Source: Patellaria atrata CBS 101060 (taxonomy: Eukaryota). From it: DNA of 64,000 bases. The stretch is from contig MU006093.1 in NCBI GenBank assembly GCA_010093705.1, positions 127,785 to 191,784 on the forward strand. Direction: 5' to 3'. Position numbers and translations under genes: made by a program. Position 1 is the first letter of the stretch, and every line of letters starts with the position of its first letter. The notes beneath the pieces are model-generated. The model saw nothing but the letters and a program-made list of their open reading frames with translations, was not told where the DNA came from and ran no database searches. Shown here piece by piece: positions 12,754-24,754 of the stretch.

Positions 12754-13942
12754 ACGTGAAAGGGTCTAATGGGAAAAGTATGATGTTTTGTATGTTGTGT
12801 AATGGTAGTGTAAGTTACTCGGGCTCATGGTGTTTCATGAATTCCTTGCTCTTGTCAGAACGTTGGTATTCTATTATACACTTATGGTCTCTGTACGGAG
12901 TATTGAATTTCACGACAGAATCAAAATCAACGTGACGCCGGTCCGTGTAACGCAAGCGTACATTGATCAATGGTGCGAATCATGACACTTCCTAGTTACT
13001 GTACAGCACTTGATATCTCAGTATCTCTATTCGGTTGTACACTTTCAACCAGAAAGCATCTTAACTTCGCCATTCGTACAGGAGGAAGTGCAGACAAGAG
13101 TCATATTCAATACTATGCCGATATCTGTACAGCAAACGTACAATGAACAAGTATCGCGATATCGTGATTCTCCAGGCTCATTTACACATATCGTACTCCA
13201 CGTCCACTAGACCCTCTATGTCTTCCCTTACCCTAACACCCTGGATTGCAGTACAGCCACCACATGTCTTCTAACTTATGCCGTACAGTACGACTCTGTA
13301 CAATCCCATAAGTAGACAAATATAACTATATCCAGTTGTACGTACAGTGACCGAAGAAAGCGAACCCTGACTTTTGTATTGGCGTACTGCTTCACCCCCT
13401 AGCCGGTTCAGAACTCCTCCAGTACTATACCTTCGCCGTAGATCTATTGATTCAAATATAAGAGCGGCTAGTCAGAGCTTTTCCATACATTGTGTGCGCA
13501 AGTTGTGGTTTTCTTTGGACTAGAGTGTAAAAAGTACAGTGAGCGAGAGGTGATAGCACTGAAGAAGTGATACCTTACGGCGTGCGATGTTGTGTATCCT
13601 TTCGCGCAATTATTATACAGTGATTCATTTCACCGTACATCCTGCTATACCTTGTATGTTCAAATTACTGTATATTACCTCATTCGAGTTTGAACATTCA
13701 GTATATTTTGCACTTCTATCAGAAATGCTAGTAGTATCCACCTACCTGATGGATTATTACTGATCATGAAGAAAAGATGTAAATGTAAAAAATGTTATGC
13801 ATTATGTACCCTATCGTCTATAGCCAGGAAATTCAAGAAGCTTAGATATTGACCGACAACATCTCATGCATATACTAACACCATGTTGAATCAAAGACCA
13901 GTTTGAAACTCTATACACCATATTAATATCACATGTCCTCCT

Positions 13943-15640
13943 TTATGCTAGTGCACCCATGGGATCCCACAACGGCAATAACTTTGGGTCTTGTCCCAAA
14001 ATCTCCTTCACCTCCTTATTTACAAACGTGGGGTCAACGACAGCTTGATAGACAAATTCATCCATCCACTTATCGCTCATAACGAAGTAACCATCCGTAC
14101 CGGCGGTTGCCGACCAGCTATTCTCAACACGCCAGCGCACTGGGTTGCCGTCAATGATGTGTACGCCTGTCAATACCATCGCATGCGTCATCGCGGACTC
14201 GCCAGTCTGAAGGCGTTCCGTTTTAGTTAGACCGAGGCGGAGGTTGAATGCGAGTTCGTAATTCTATAGCGATTAGCAGAAAGCTAGGGTGAGAGAAAGG
14301 AAATGAGCTTACAAAAAGATCTGGATCCATGATACCTTTGGTGCTATCGCTATACTTCCCGACGTCCGAGCCGAAGAATACGGGAATACCGCGTTGGATC
14401 ATAGCAATACAAGCTTTCTTCATCGTTGTCATATCAACGTTGACGTAAGTGATTGGACGGCCGCCGATCACATTGCCTAGGCGATATACGCTGAGTAAAG
14501 AGCCGTATTCGTTCCTTGGATCATTGACAAGGCTGAATAGCTTGTGTACGTCTGTACCCCCGCAAGCTCGTACGGTGCGAGCATCGGATAGTTGCGCGGC
14601 GAAGTCGATGGGTGTACAATTGTGTGAGTGGAAGACACCGTCTCTGTCGTAATACTCCCAGGTAAATTCTTTTGAGGGGCTGGGAGGTGGGCCTAGCATG
14701 AGAGTGAGGATGAGATGGATTTCTTGCAACATTTTTTCTTTAACGGCACCAATGGAAGATTTCGTGTCTGAGTTTGTGGAGCACACTAGTTTTCTTAGTC
14801 TAAGAGCATCTTCGCGGAGTTTTGTTGTAATGAGACTATCCATAGTTCTCGAGTTCATGGCGTTGTATGAGTCTGGATAAAGCGTTTGAGGGACCTGTAC
14901 AGTATATCATTAGTCAAAATTTCATGCGTCTATACGACCCATACGATCCATGAGTTTCACACAACATACTAGACCGTATTTCTGGACCAGATTTGCTGCC
15001 ATATCCCATTGTCCACCGTCACCCACTGGGCTGGCTAGGAGTGCTTGTAGGAGTCTCCCGTCCAGTGGCTCATCTGCAGTGGAAATTATATTTTCGAGAA
15101 AGTAGTTCGCTTTTTCTAACTTATCCCAGAAGAAAAGATATGCTTGACTCAACTCAAAGTCTTTCAGTCTATATCTTCTCATCATGGAAACACGGAATAC
15201 GTTGGTGGTCGCAAAAAGCCAACATCTTCCTGAAGATCGCTGATTTGTAACTGGGGAACCCTCTAGCTCAATCTTGGTGTTGAAATTTTGAGTATCGCCG
15301 ATAGTAGTTGAACGAGAACTTAAGATTGACGCTGCCGAGTTCGAAGATAGGGCTGCTAAAGCGAGAAGGTTCTGCAGCGACGAATATGTTAGGATACTAT
15401 TGCTGAGATACCTCCCATCTAGATGTTACTAACTTTAGGATCTTCAAGAAGCTGCTTCTCCCACTTCTCAGCAGCGCTAATGGAGACATCTTCCTTATAT
15501 GAGATTTTTTCAGTATTTCCCTCGACATACACGTACTCTTTCTCGCTCATCTGGAGCTCTCTTTCAAGCTCCATCGCTCGTAAACGTTCGATAACTTTCT
15601 CCGTAAAAGAGGTCTGCTGTTTTGACTGAGAACCACCCAT
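13943..15640 (-). CDS. LAP3: Bleomycin hydrolase / cysteine aminopeptidase (peptidase C1B); 4 exons
   Basis: Catalytic motifs [12 protein letters not shown] (Cys), MTHAM (His) and VENSWS (Asn); C-terminal LWDPMGALA. Introns 15372-15433, 14895-14969 and 14264-14312 restore one frame. Confidence 0.95.
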
Positions 15641-16535
15641 AGTTAGCCCTGTATTGTTCGGATAATTTGAATTTCAATTCAACGGAATGTAAGGGTAGAG
15701 AGATGGGATGAAGTGTTGAAGGAGAACAGCTGACCATCCCGTCTGATAAGGCGCGGTTGTCGCTATCACGAACCCCGCGCGGTGCAAGGGTGTATCAAAC
15801 CATCATGGTTGTTTACGTTGTTTGCATTGTTTGTGCTATTTGCGTTGTTCTGGATATGTCACTAGTCCATAACTGGATGAGGTGGTGGAAAAGTTTTTAA
15901 AACAGACCCGTACCAAATTACCAATCATCAAATGCATTTCTGAAACGTGGGGCTAAGGTGGTGAAAATAAGGTACAAAGTAGATCCTATTACCAACCCAA
16001 TGCTCTCTTTCCGTACTCCGTATTATTGCTCTGGAAATGGAACGTAATATTGACTCCAATTCCAAACGTCTCACCCGCTCTGATGGTTCTTCAACTAAAA
16101 GTAAGCACACAATCTCACAGATCAACGAACAACAAGATAGCCAGGGTAAATCTCAGGGGCCTTTTGGGCGGCGTGAACCGGTGAGGCGGATTGGCCGCTA
16201 CAAGTAGCTGTCAGGCGGTGCTCGTGTGTGGCTCACAGCCTCCCGCATAGTTCAAAACACTAACCGCCCGATAAATGATCCCCCTCTCCCTGAACCGGAG
16301 TCCCTAATATGTATTTGTTGACTTCTTGCACTTTCTACATACACCTTCGCTTTCAACTACTCCTCATTCTTTCGTGCAATTGCGCAAACTCGATCAACCG
16401 TCGTGTGGAATCGCGGCCTTTACCCCTGAATAGTTCTACATAACGCGCTAGTTTTATTGTACACGAGGCAACACCAAAGGGAAACTCCAAAACTTGAACC
16501 TCAACTGAGGATATACTCCTCACTATTCAAACAGG

Positions 16536-17312
16536 ATGGCGTATGCTGCTGGCAATTCGCCATGGTTGAAACGAGTGCTCATACCCTTCTGGACGATCCG
16601 TTTAATATTTATGGTCATTATCGTGGCCAGCTACATCGCAGCCACCGCCATCTTCGCCAAAGATGGAGAATCAGCAGGTGTTATAGCGTATGTCTTACCT
16701 CGAGAAATATGATTAGCATTATCAGATAGCTGACAGCTCTCTAGTGTCGTAGTAGTCTTCCTTCTAATCTTCGTCTTCGTCCTCCTCCTCGACGTCTACG
16801 CCATCATTCTCTTCGCCCGACACTCCCTGAGTCCCAAGAAATTCCTGATCATGAACGTCATCCAGTCGACCATCTGGCTCGCCGTAATCATCATTGAGGT
16901 TGTTGGCGCAGCACGCACCCGCAATGCCGCGGGTCTCGTCTCCACCTTCGTCATTGCACTCACATTTCTCGCGCTACTCATCTATGGAGGAGTGATCTAT
17001 TCCCGCGCTCGCAAGGATGCGAAGAGGGGGAACTATGCACCCACCCCGAACCCGAATGCCGGAGGGCTGGCACCTCAGCAGTTCGGAGTACAGCCTGGAT
17101 ATCAAGATACCACTTATAGACCGCCTTCCAGTCAAGGACAGCAAGCTATTCCGCCCGTTCAAGGGGCTGCGGCAGGGTATTATAATCCCCAACAAGCGCC
17201 TCAGCTTGGGTACTACGCTCCGCAGGCGATGTTCTCACAGCAACCTCCGTCACACCAGCAGCACCCTAACCCGTTTAGAGATCCAAATGCGGTGGAGTTG
17301 CAGGCGAAGTGA
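16536..17312 (+). CDS. Four-helix membrane protein (MARVEL-like topology) with Gln/Pro/Tyr-rich C-terminal tail; 2 exons
   Basis: ATG 16536 gives MAYAAGNSPWLKRVLIPFWTIRLIFMVIIV. Intron 16688-16744 (GTATGT..GCTGAC..TAG) joins it to VVVVFLLIFVFVLLLDV... and the ORF ending at 17312. Four hydrophobic stretches. Confidence 0.75.
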
Positions 17313-19243
17313 AAAGAATAAAGAAATAGACCGGAGTAGCAATCTGTGTATGCCTGGTTGTGTTGTCCTATGTGGTGGTTTTGAATGAAGACTGTAGTTC
17401 TCCTGGATTTATGAACCGTGTATTGTCCTGAATTAATCACGGGTTTCATTGATTGGCAAATGAAATAATGGTGAGCAGCGATCATGCCCCAATGTACCTA
17501 TATAATAGTGGAAATTCTATGTATATCTATGAGTTGCTTTCACGAGGATATGTCCCAACTTGATAATATGGAAGTATAACAATACTTTGAGCCAACCGCA
17601 CGTTGCATTACCCTTTTGAACTGACACTGAAGAATAAATACTAGTAAATACTTCAAAGAAAGAGGAAAGTAATCTAGTTTCAATATTAAGGTTAATAGAA
17701 GCCTAATTTTTTATGGCTGACTAACCTTACCCTTACCTTAGCCACAAACCCTGAAACATTACCCCTTGGCGGCTTAATATTCTGAAACACCGTGACCTAT
17801 CTTTAAACCTCGTCTCTAGAAAATGCATGATGTCAAGCGCATTCGCTATCTCTTGATCAGACAGAAAATGAAAGGGTAAAGTTGTAATTATTTCTTTTTC
17901 ATGGAGTCGTCATCGCAAATTTTTGTAGGATCAATTGGCTACTGTATAACAATATCCTTGGGTCCCATGGAGGCGGACCATAACCACGTTATAATGATCC
18001 CACCTCACGAACAGTCGTGCATGGATATTCTTATATGCAATGTCACGAAACCAAACCACAGCAGCCGTTAAAAACGGTCCTTAAAATAACTACTCCGTAT
18101 ACTCCATACTGTATGTTTGTGAGATTAACCTAACTAGAGATGGAAATCGAGGATTTAAAAATAGCCATTCCCCAGAACTGAGACCCAGTCGGTGGGATAA
18201 TTGCATCTCCTGCAATCCTGCGTCTACGGCATGACGTCTGAAATTGCTAGTCTACCGTACAGCTAGACGACTTATCTCGGCCCCTTCCGACGGGAAGGAT
18301 GAGGAAGGGAGCATCTGTCGAGCAGAACCGCGCGTCGGAAGGGAGGAACAGTTTGCAGGATTATATTTCTGGGGTATGCTCCGCGGTATTTTGAGATATG
18401 ACCGTCGCAGTAGTAGCCGCAAGCATAATGCCACTATATTTATCTTTAACGGAGAATATCTTGTACCCAGAGTTCGGTTAAATCTTATCATTCTAATCAT
18501 GGGTCGGTACGTTGCTGATTGTGGAGGCTAGCAAAAGGTTGAATAGAGGATATGACTAAGGACGCGTTAGAACTATTGACAGCGCATTCGTGAGTCAACT
18601 GAGGGCCGATAGGTTCTACAGCTCATATGGACTTTCGCGGCTGAAGAGGATTCGATGTCTTGCAAGAGCACTCTCCGAGATCAATTGTTGGAGTTGTATT
18701 TGAACGATGTTATCTGTCTTGTTTTTGAAATGATTGGAATGGGATTTGTACGACAAGAATATCCGACTCGAAGAAAGTGAGCTGGACTCCTGCTTCGTCA
18801 GTTCAAGAATAACTATGTGGGATGAGTAACTGAATCGTAATGGCATATCTCAACTAGACCCGTTTTTGTATAAAAGAATTAAAAAAGTTCAAAACTTTAC
18901 CAATGGTTAAAATTAACCAGAAAAGCATCGGGGTTGTGCTTCACATATGATCTATACTTTTCGGAAAAGAATAGCCCTTCTCCTACTACACCGTAGTACT
19001 ATGACGCCGAATAAACTTAATGGAGAAATCATGTTTGCACTGAGCTCGGTGTATTTGGTTCGGTATATTGAGGCCCCCATTAATGGAGTACATTTATCAA
19101 TCCAGTATAACGCGAACATGATCCGAGTTTCGGGTGATGAATCGGCGTTTGGACTCCGGAACGGGTAAATCGGGTCGGTGTTACGATATCGGAGCGGATA
19201 GCGAACCCTGAACGTGACCTGATGAATACCTTTTAAGTTTATC

Positions 19244-19253
19244 TTATCAGATT
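19244..19253 (-). promoter_or_regulatory. Putative SreA/Sre1 (iron-responsive GATA repressor) site AATCTGATAA, followed by a second GATAA
   Basis: The minus strand reads AATCTGATAAGATAA, about 70 bp upstream of the ATG at 19322. It matches the ATCWGATAA consensus. Confidence 0.5.
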
Positions 19254-19321
19254 GAAACTTCCGTTTGGTCTCCTGCTTTCAATCAGAAGATTATTATCCC
19301 ATTTCCTTCGGTTATTTGAAT

Positions 19322-20657
19322 ATGGCACAAATACGGATTTATGTAAAGATTTTTTTGAGCGTTTTTGGATTCATGATCGAACACCTCAGATCTATGCTCT
19401 CAGCCAAAATTCATTCCTACACATACAAATCAGTGGAGTCACCAAAGAATATAGTGGTTATCGGCGCGTCATTCGCTGGTTTATACGGCGCAAAACTGCT
19501 GGCTGATTCTGTTCCAACAGGTTACCGTGTCATCGTTATTGAAAAGAATTCCCATTTCAACTTCACTTGGGTATTTCCACGTTTTTCCGTCGTTAGTGGA
19601 CAAGAACACAAGGCATTTGTGCCATATAGGAGCTATCTTGCTTCATGTCCCAATGGATCTTATCAGTTTATACAGGGTATGGTTACATCCGTAAACAGAA
19701 ATTCCGTACAACTGGAAGGAGGGAAGAGTATTGACTTCGAATACCTGGTGGTCACAACGGGTGCAACTGGACCCCCACCGTCTCGTGTAGGTGAAAGAAA
19801 CAAAGAGGAGGGAATTGTTGTGCTGAAAAGTTTACAAAATCGAATTCAAAATGCGCGTGACATAGTTGTCGTTGGAGGAGGGGCAGCCGGAATTGAAACC
19901 GTTTCGGACATCAAGGAAAGATATCCTGAAAAGAACGTTTCTTTAGTTCATTCGCGGACCGCCCTTTTGAACCACTTCGGGGCGAGGCTACAAGCTGTTG
20001 CGAAGGACGCATTGGAGAACCTGGGCGTCAAGCTGGTATTGGACGATAGGGTGGTCAAGGAAGATCCAGAGTTGGGAGTGGTGACACTGAAATCCCAGAA
20101 GACTATACAGTGCGACCAAATAGTTGAGTTTTCCTATTAATATCCGTTTTCAATCCGTTACTAAAGACAGCAGGTCAATTGTGTGGGACAAACACCACAG
20201 TCCAGTATATTAGCAGGGTTATCACCTGCTTGTCTCACTGCAAGTGGTAATGTCCAAGTTCTCAAGACACTTCAGCTGGAAGATCCATCGCTCCGTCACG
20301 TTTATGCAGCGGGGGATATTATTCAGACTGAAGTGAACAAAAACTCTCGCAGTGCCATGGAACAAGCCACTGTTGTTGCCAAAAACATTATACGCAGCAT
20401 ACAGGGAAGACCATTGACTGAATATCAACCAAGCATCCTGGACAAATCCATTGTCATCACTCTTGGATTGGTTCGTTTCTTCGCCCTTGGATTACGCTTT
20501 TGCTAACGCAATGCAGAAAAGAGCCGTCTACTATTTCCAGGATGGTACAGCAGAGGTTCTGATCCATCGCAACAACTACGATATCGCTTCGCAGTGTAAG
20601 AAGTGTTGGCAATTCTTCAAAGCTGGACCTTACGTAGATCAGGGCGATAATAGCTAA
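19322..20657 (+). CDS. AMID/AIFM2-like FAD/NAD(P)H pyridine nucleotide-disulfide oxidoreductase; 3 exons
   Basis: FAD motif IVVIGASFAG, EKNSHFNFTWVFPRF, DFEYLVVTTG, NAD motif IVVVGGGAAGIE, VYAAGD. Introns 20123-20173 and 20471-20516. Confidence 0.9.
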
Positions 20658-22984
20658 TGCATTTGTAAAACGGAGCCTGAGATGTGCGTTGGCATCGAAG
20701 GAAAAGGGCAAATCGGTACTGGACGACGAGTCCTCTGCACTCCCACGCCCCTCAGAGCTGGTGTGGTAAGATTGATGGAGTAAGGCAAGGTCAACATCCC
20801 AGTCAAAAGGCTGTCAGTTGGTGTATGTAGAAGTTACAGTTCAGGAGGGTTGTTTCTTTTAGCCGTATGGAGATCCACGCTCGACTTCTTTTAACAATAA
20901 CAAATATCAGGTGCTAGATAGTATTATCATATGTTCAACCGGTACCACCTGAATCTTATGGTTGTTGAATGAGCTGATCAATGAAGTAACCTTGAAGGCT
21001 CTTTCAAGAATTACTCGATCAAGTCTAGACTTTACAGTACGATGTTACCTCCAGCCCTCAGCTGAACTCGAGCGTTAGTACCATTTGTTATCATGCGAAC
21101 TGTACATATTCCTCTCTCTATCCTAAGATGCTTCCACGTTAATGCCAACGATACGTCTAGGGTCCAAAGTCAGTGAGTACAATATCTTCGGTGGAAAGAG
21201 TGCGGTATGATGGGAGCATCCGGCCTCTCTAAGACTTCAGGTTCCCGCGATCTTCGACAAGGCCGTGGAGCGAGACTAGTTGACAATGCTTAGGACGAAT
21301 AACATAGAGGGCTCAAGCCTAATGTTTTCCAGCTGAAGATTCCATTTTACGTGTAGATTTTCCCAAAATGAAGGAAACAAAAATGCGAGAAGTGTCAATA
21401 ACTTGTTGCCTAATGAACAGCCCCATTCAGCAATGGAAACAACCCTCATGCGATGTACGGGAGAGCGGGTGGGAGTCATTTCTTTTCGTCGTGTGAGATA
21501 CCTCTTCCTGGGTGGCAAGACGTCAAACCTAAGCCAGAATACGGGTCCTTGACAGGAGATGAGCGAGAAAATTCCAAAATGCAGAGCTGATGAGCATATC
21601 TTGGTCCGTGAACGAAAAGCTGGGCGGCGAACCCTTGCCTTGAGCATTAGCAACACGTGGTTGTGGGAAACTTCCAAAGAGAGTTTGCACTTTTCAGATT
21701 GTTTAAAATGAAACTACAGGATAAATCGACTTGTTTGAGCTGAGAGGCATGCTCGAATTCAGGGAGTTCGCACGCGGCGACCATGTGTAGGATGTGCAGG
21801 AAGAAGGCACGAGCTTTTGCGGGATTTCCACGTGGCGATCATGTATCTACGTCAGCGATCTAGATCTGTTCGTGGTGAAAAATTCGTTCAGATTTGCTTT
21901 GAAGTTCTGCACGCTCAGGACGGTTTGAATGTGAGAAAAGGAGAAAGCGAAGGTTTGCATAGAGGTGGAAAGAGAATTGTGTTGGACAAGGCGAGGTGAG
22001 GGTAAGCTTAACCCAAAGGAGGTTAGAGCCTGGTTTTCAACAGCCAACTTCATACCATCGCTGAAACTTCGGGGTATTTGAATTGCCACTCCAGAGACCC
22101 CTTTGACCCCTTTGTTTCCTTTTTACTTATTCTACAATCCTTCTACAAACCTTCTATTCATGCGATACACGAGACGAAGATGCGGTCAGCCTTATGGCTG
22201 CCCGTAAACTCATCCATCACACAGTTGCTTTCCCTCTACGTTGGGACTCATCGTTTTGTTCAGTTACTTCTCCAACGAGAAGCCTGTTGTCGCTCAAACA
22301 TCCTCTCACAAGCACAAAGGGGAGCATTCATGGGAGTCCTCTTTACATTGTTGTACGGGGGACCCGATGATTCAAGCTGAGCCGCAGTGACCGATAGCAC
22401 TATTTCAAGCTGTATGAACCGATTTCCGGGTTGCACTTTTGGCCCAAGAGCCCCTTCGACACGTGGATCCCGTCGAGGTGGCGCAGCCGGAGATTTTGTA
22501 TGGCCACCCTCTTCGAGTGAGATCGGTCTCTAGCCTATAGTTCCTGTATACAAGTGCTCGCTAATCTGTATTGTCACAAAATCCGGGATTGTTGGACTAA
22601 CATCGTTCTGTGACTTGTTGGTATGTACCGTGCGCCTGGGGGCCACTTCGACCATAGTATTTCGCAAGGGTCCCATTAAATCATGCAAAAGTCGTTTTCG
22701 TTTAGAAACCACCATCCTTGTCTATGATCTGCCTTGAGAACGGACGGGTACTATGCGCGAGGGGATAAGGTAGTTATGGTTAACGATAGTGAACCCTATA
22801 ACTCGGATCTGCGGCTGTAGGTACTGTGTTTGATATGTAGTCCCACGAAGAATATATACGTCTGCTTAGAACAATCAACTTTTGCCTCTTGTTCAGACAT
22901 CTCTACATTCCTCAGAAACGAGCATTTCTCAGTTGATCCCTTCTATCTTAGTACTTTTTTTTTCTGACCTTAACCACCTTCTAA

Positions 22985-24754
22985 ATGTCTCAAGGCTCGA
23001 GTAAAGAGACCAGAACGCCATCTTTTCCCGTTGAACCTTCGGCGGACGAATTCGGTGCCTTTGGCATTGAGTGGCAGAGTGAAGATTACAAAAAGCAACG
23101 CAACCGACTCGCTCAGCGAAAGCATCGTAAACGTGAGTCAAGAGCAGTCCATTTATTCCACCTACTCTGGGGTTTTCTGACCATGTTCGTGGTAAAGGCA
23201 AGAGAGAATCGCAAGCTGCTGCGAGTTCTAAGAGCACAACAGACCTCAGATCTGCAGCGTTGCAGTCGTCAGCGGTTCCACTACCTCGAGGACGTTCGGA
23301 ACACCATATTCCAGAACCTCGCCGTGCCCAGTTAGTTACCTTCCCTCCATGATATCCATATATATATATATACCCGGTCTCCCGTTTCGGAGATATCCTT
23401 CAGTCATTACCGTTCCTTTACTCGTATTAACCCCTCTGCCAGCAGTCTAGTCTCACCCGATGAGAGGGCTTTACAAAACACAAGTGGTACCCCTTGGTCG
23501 GGCCCTATGGGTCTATCTCCAGATGATGTCTTCTTGAACCATCTACCGGATCCCCGAAACCAAAGTCGAGGACCGACAGCAGCAACTGCACTCGCTCTTC
23601 GCCACTTACAGAACCCACAGTACTTAGAAAACTCCCTGTTGATGCCCAGTTCGGGAGCGATGCAAAATCCAATACTCCCTACAAGCTATCCCGCTACGGA
23701 AATCTACCAGAACTTTGACCCTACGATGTTTTCGTCCTCGGAACCTCCAATGCTAGCGGCTGTAACGAACGAGCAACAAAGCGCACTCCTCAGTCAACCG
23801 AGCATAGCACAACCATATTTGGAGAACATGAACTTCCAGCAAAATTCCCTGATGGGTAACCAGATGGATCCAAGAGATTACGTTCCTCAACACCAAAGAA
23901 CGCGGAGTGCCCCGTTTCCCATACCACAGGGATACACTTCCGGTCACCATGAACAGGCGCAAACAGCACCTAGTTCAGACTCTATTTCACCGCAACGGAG
24001 AGAATCAGATGGAAGTGATCTCAGTGCTACAGCAGATTTTACGCGTAGACTTTCTATTCACGACACTGGTTACTACAAACACCCCAGTAATGTCCAATCC
24101 CGGTTTGGAATCATCCTAGATGCTATTGAAGAAGCCGGATTCAAGACAGTAGACGAAATGGCTACCGAATATTACACAACTGCATTACCAGAGAGCTCGC
24201 AATTATATGCGACACAATGGCGTAGCCGAAAAAATCATTTGCAAAGTTTCCTTGAGGCCTTACGCTTGAGCACAACAACTTGGCCGACTGATCAGTCCGT
24301 GGGATATAGACACGAGATTCTTCAATCCGCCCAAAACATACTTTCCGAAGAATTACGGAAGTCTAATAACGGAGGTGGTCTGTGGAGTCGCCGCTCTCCG
24401 CCGGCGGGTGCTCCAGGGAAAACTCCTATCAACCATCTTGATCCTGATTTCCTTGTCCAGAAGTTCAAGGACCTCCTCCTCCACCAAGACACTATTCACG
24501 TACTAAACTCTCAAATAAGCCATATGCAGACGGAGGTATGTATCTTCATTCCCGAATTCTCTAATTCAACGGAAACTTGCTTCCGGCCAATGAAGAATTT
24601 CCACTCTTTAGCAGAACAAGTTACTAACCACCATTTTCAGCTCCCAGGGACATGGTCGTTTCTCTCGGATCTTGTTCAACGGGCGGATATCCCGCAGCCA
24701 CTCGGTTCTAGGCTCGTTAGCGCTTTCATTTTCCTCCTTTCATCGCTAGACTAG
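22985..24754 (+). CDS. bZIP-like transcription factor (basic region KKQRNRLAQRKHRKR); 4 exons
   Basis: Introns 23133-23197, 23331-23442 (alternative acceptor 23445) and 24536-24640 join the basic region to the 415-aa ORF. The C-terminal helical region is RFGIILDAIEEAGFKTVDEMATEYYT...SRKNHLQSFL. Confidence 0.8.
23357..23372. repeat. (AT)n microsatellite inside intron 2 of the bZIP-like gene
   Basis: catatatatatatatac seen directly. Confidence 0.85.

Noticed and set aside
17718..17770. Telomere-like CTAACCTTACCCTTACCTTAG
   Set aside because: Too short and degenerate; no true CCCTAA tandem array.
7932..24754. GST, SDR, peptidase, oxidoreductase and bZIP-like genes as a detoxification or secondary-metabolite cluster
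   Set aside because: No backbone enzyme or transporter, housekeeping SDS3 is interleaved, and I saw no shared promoter motif.
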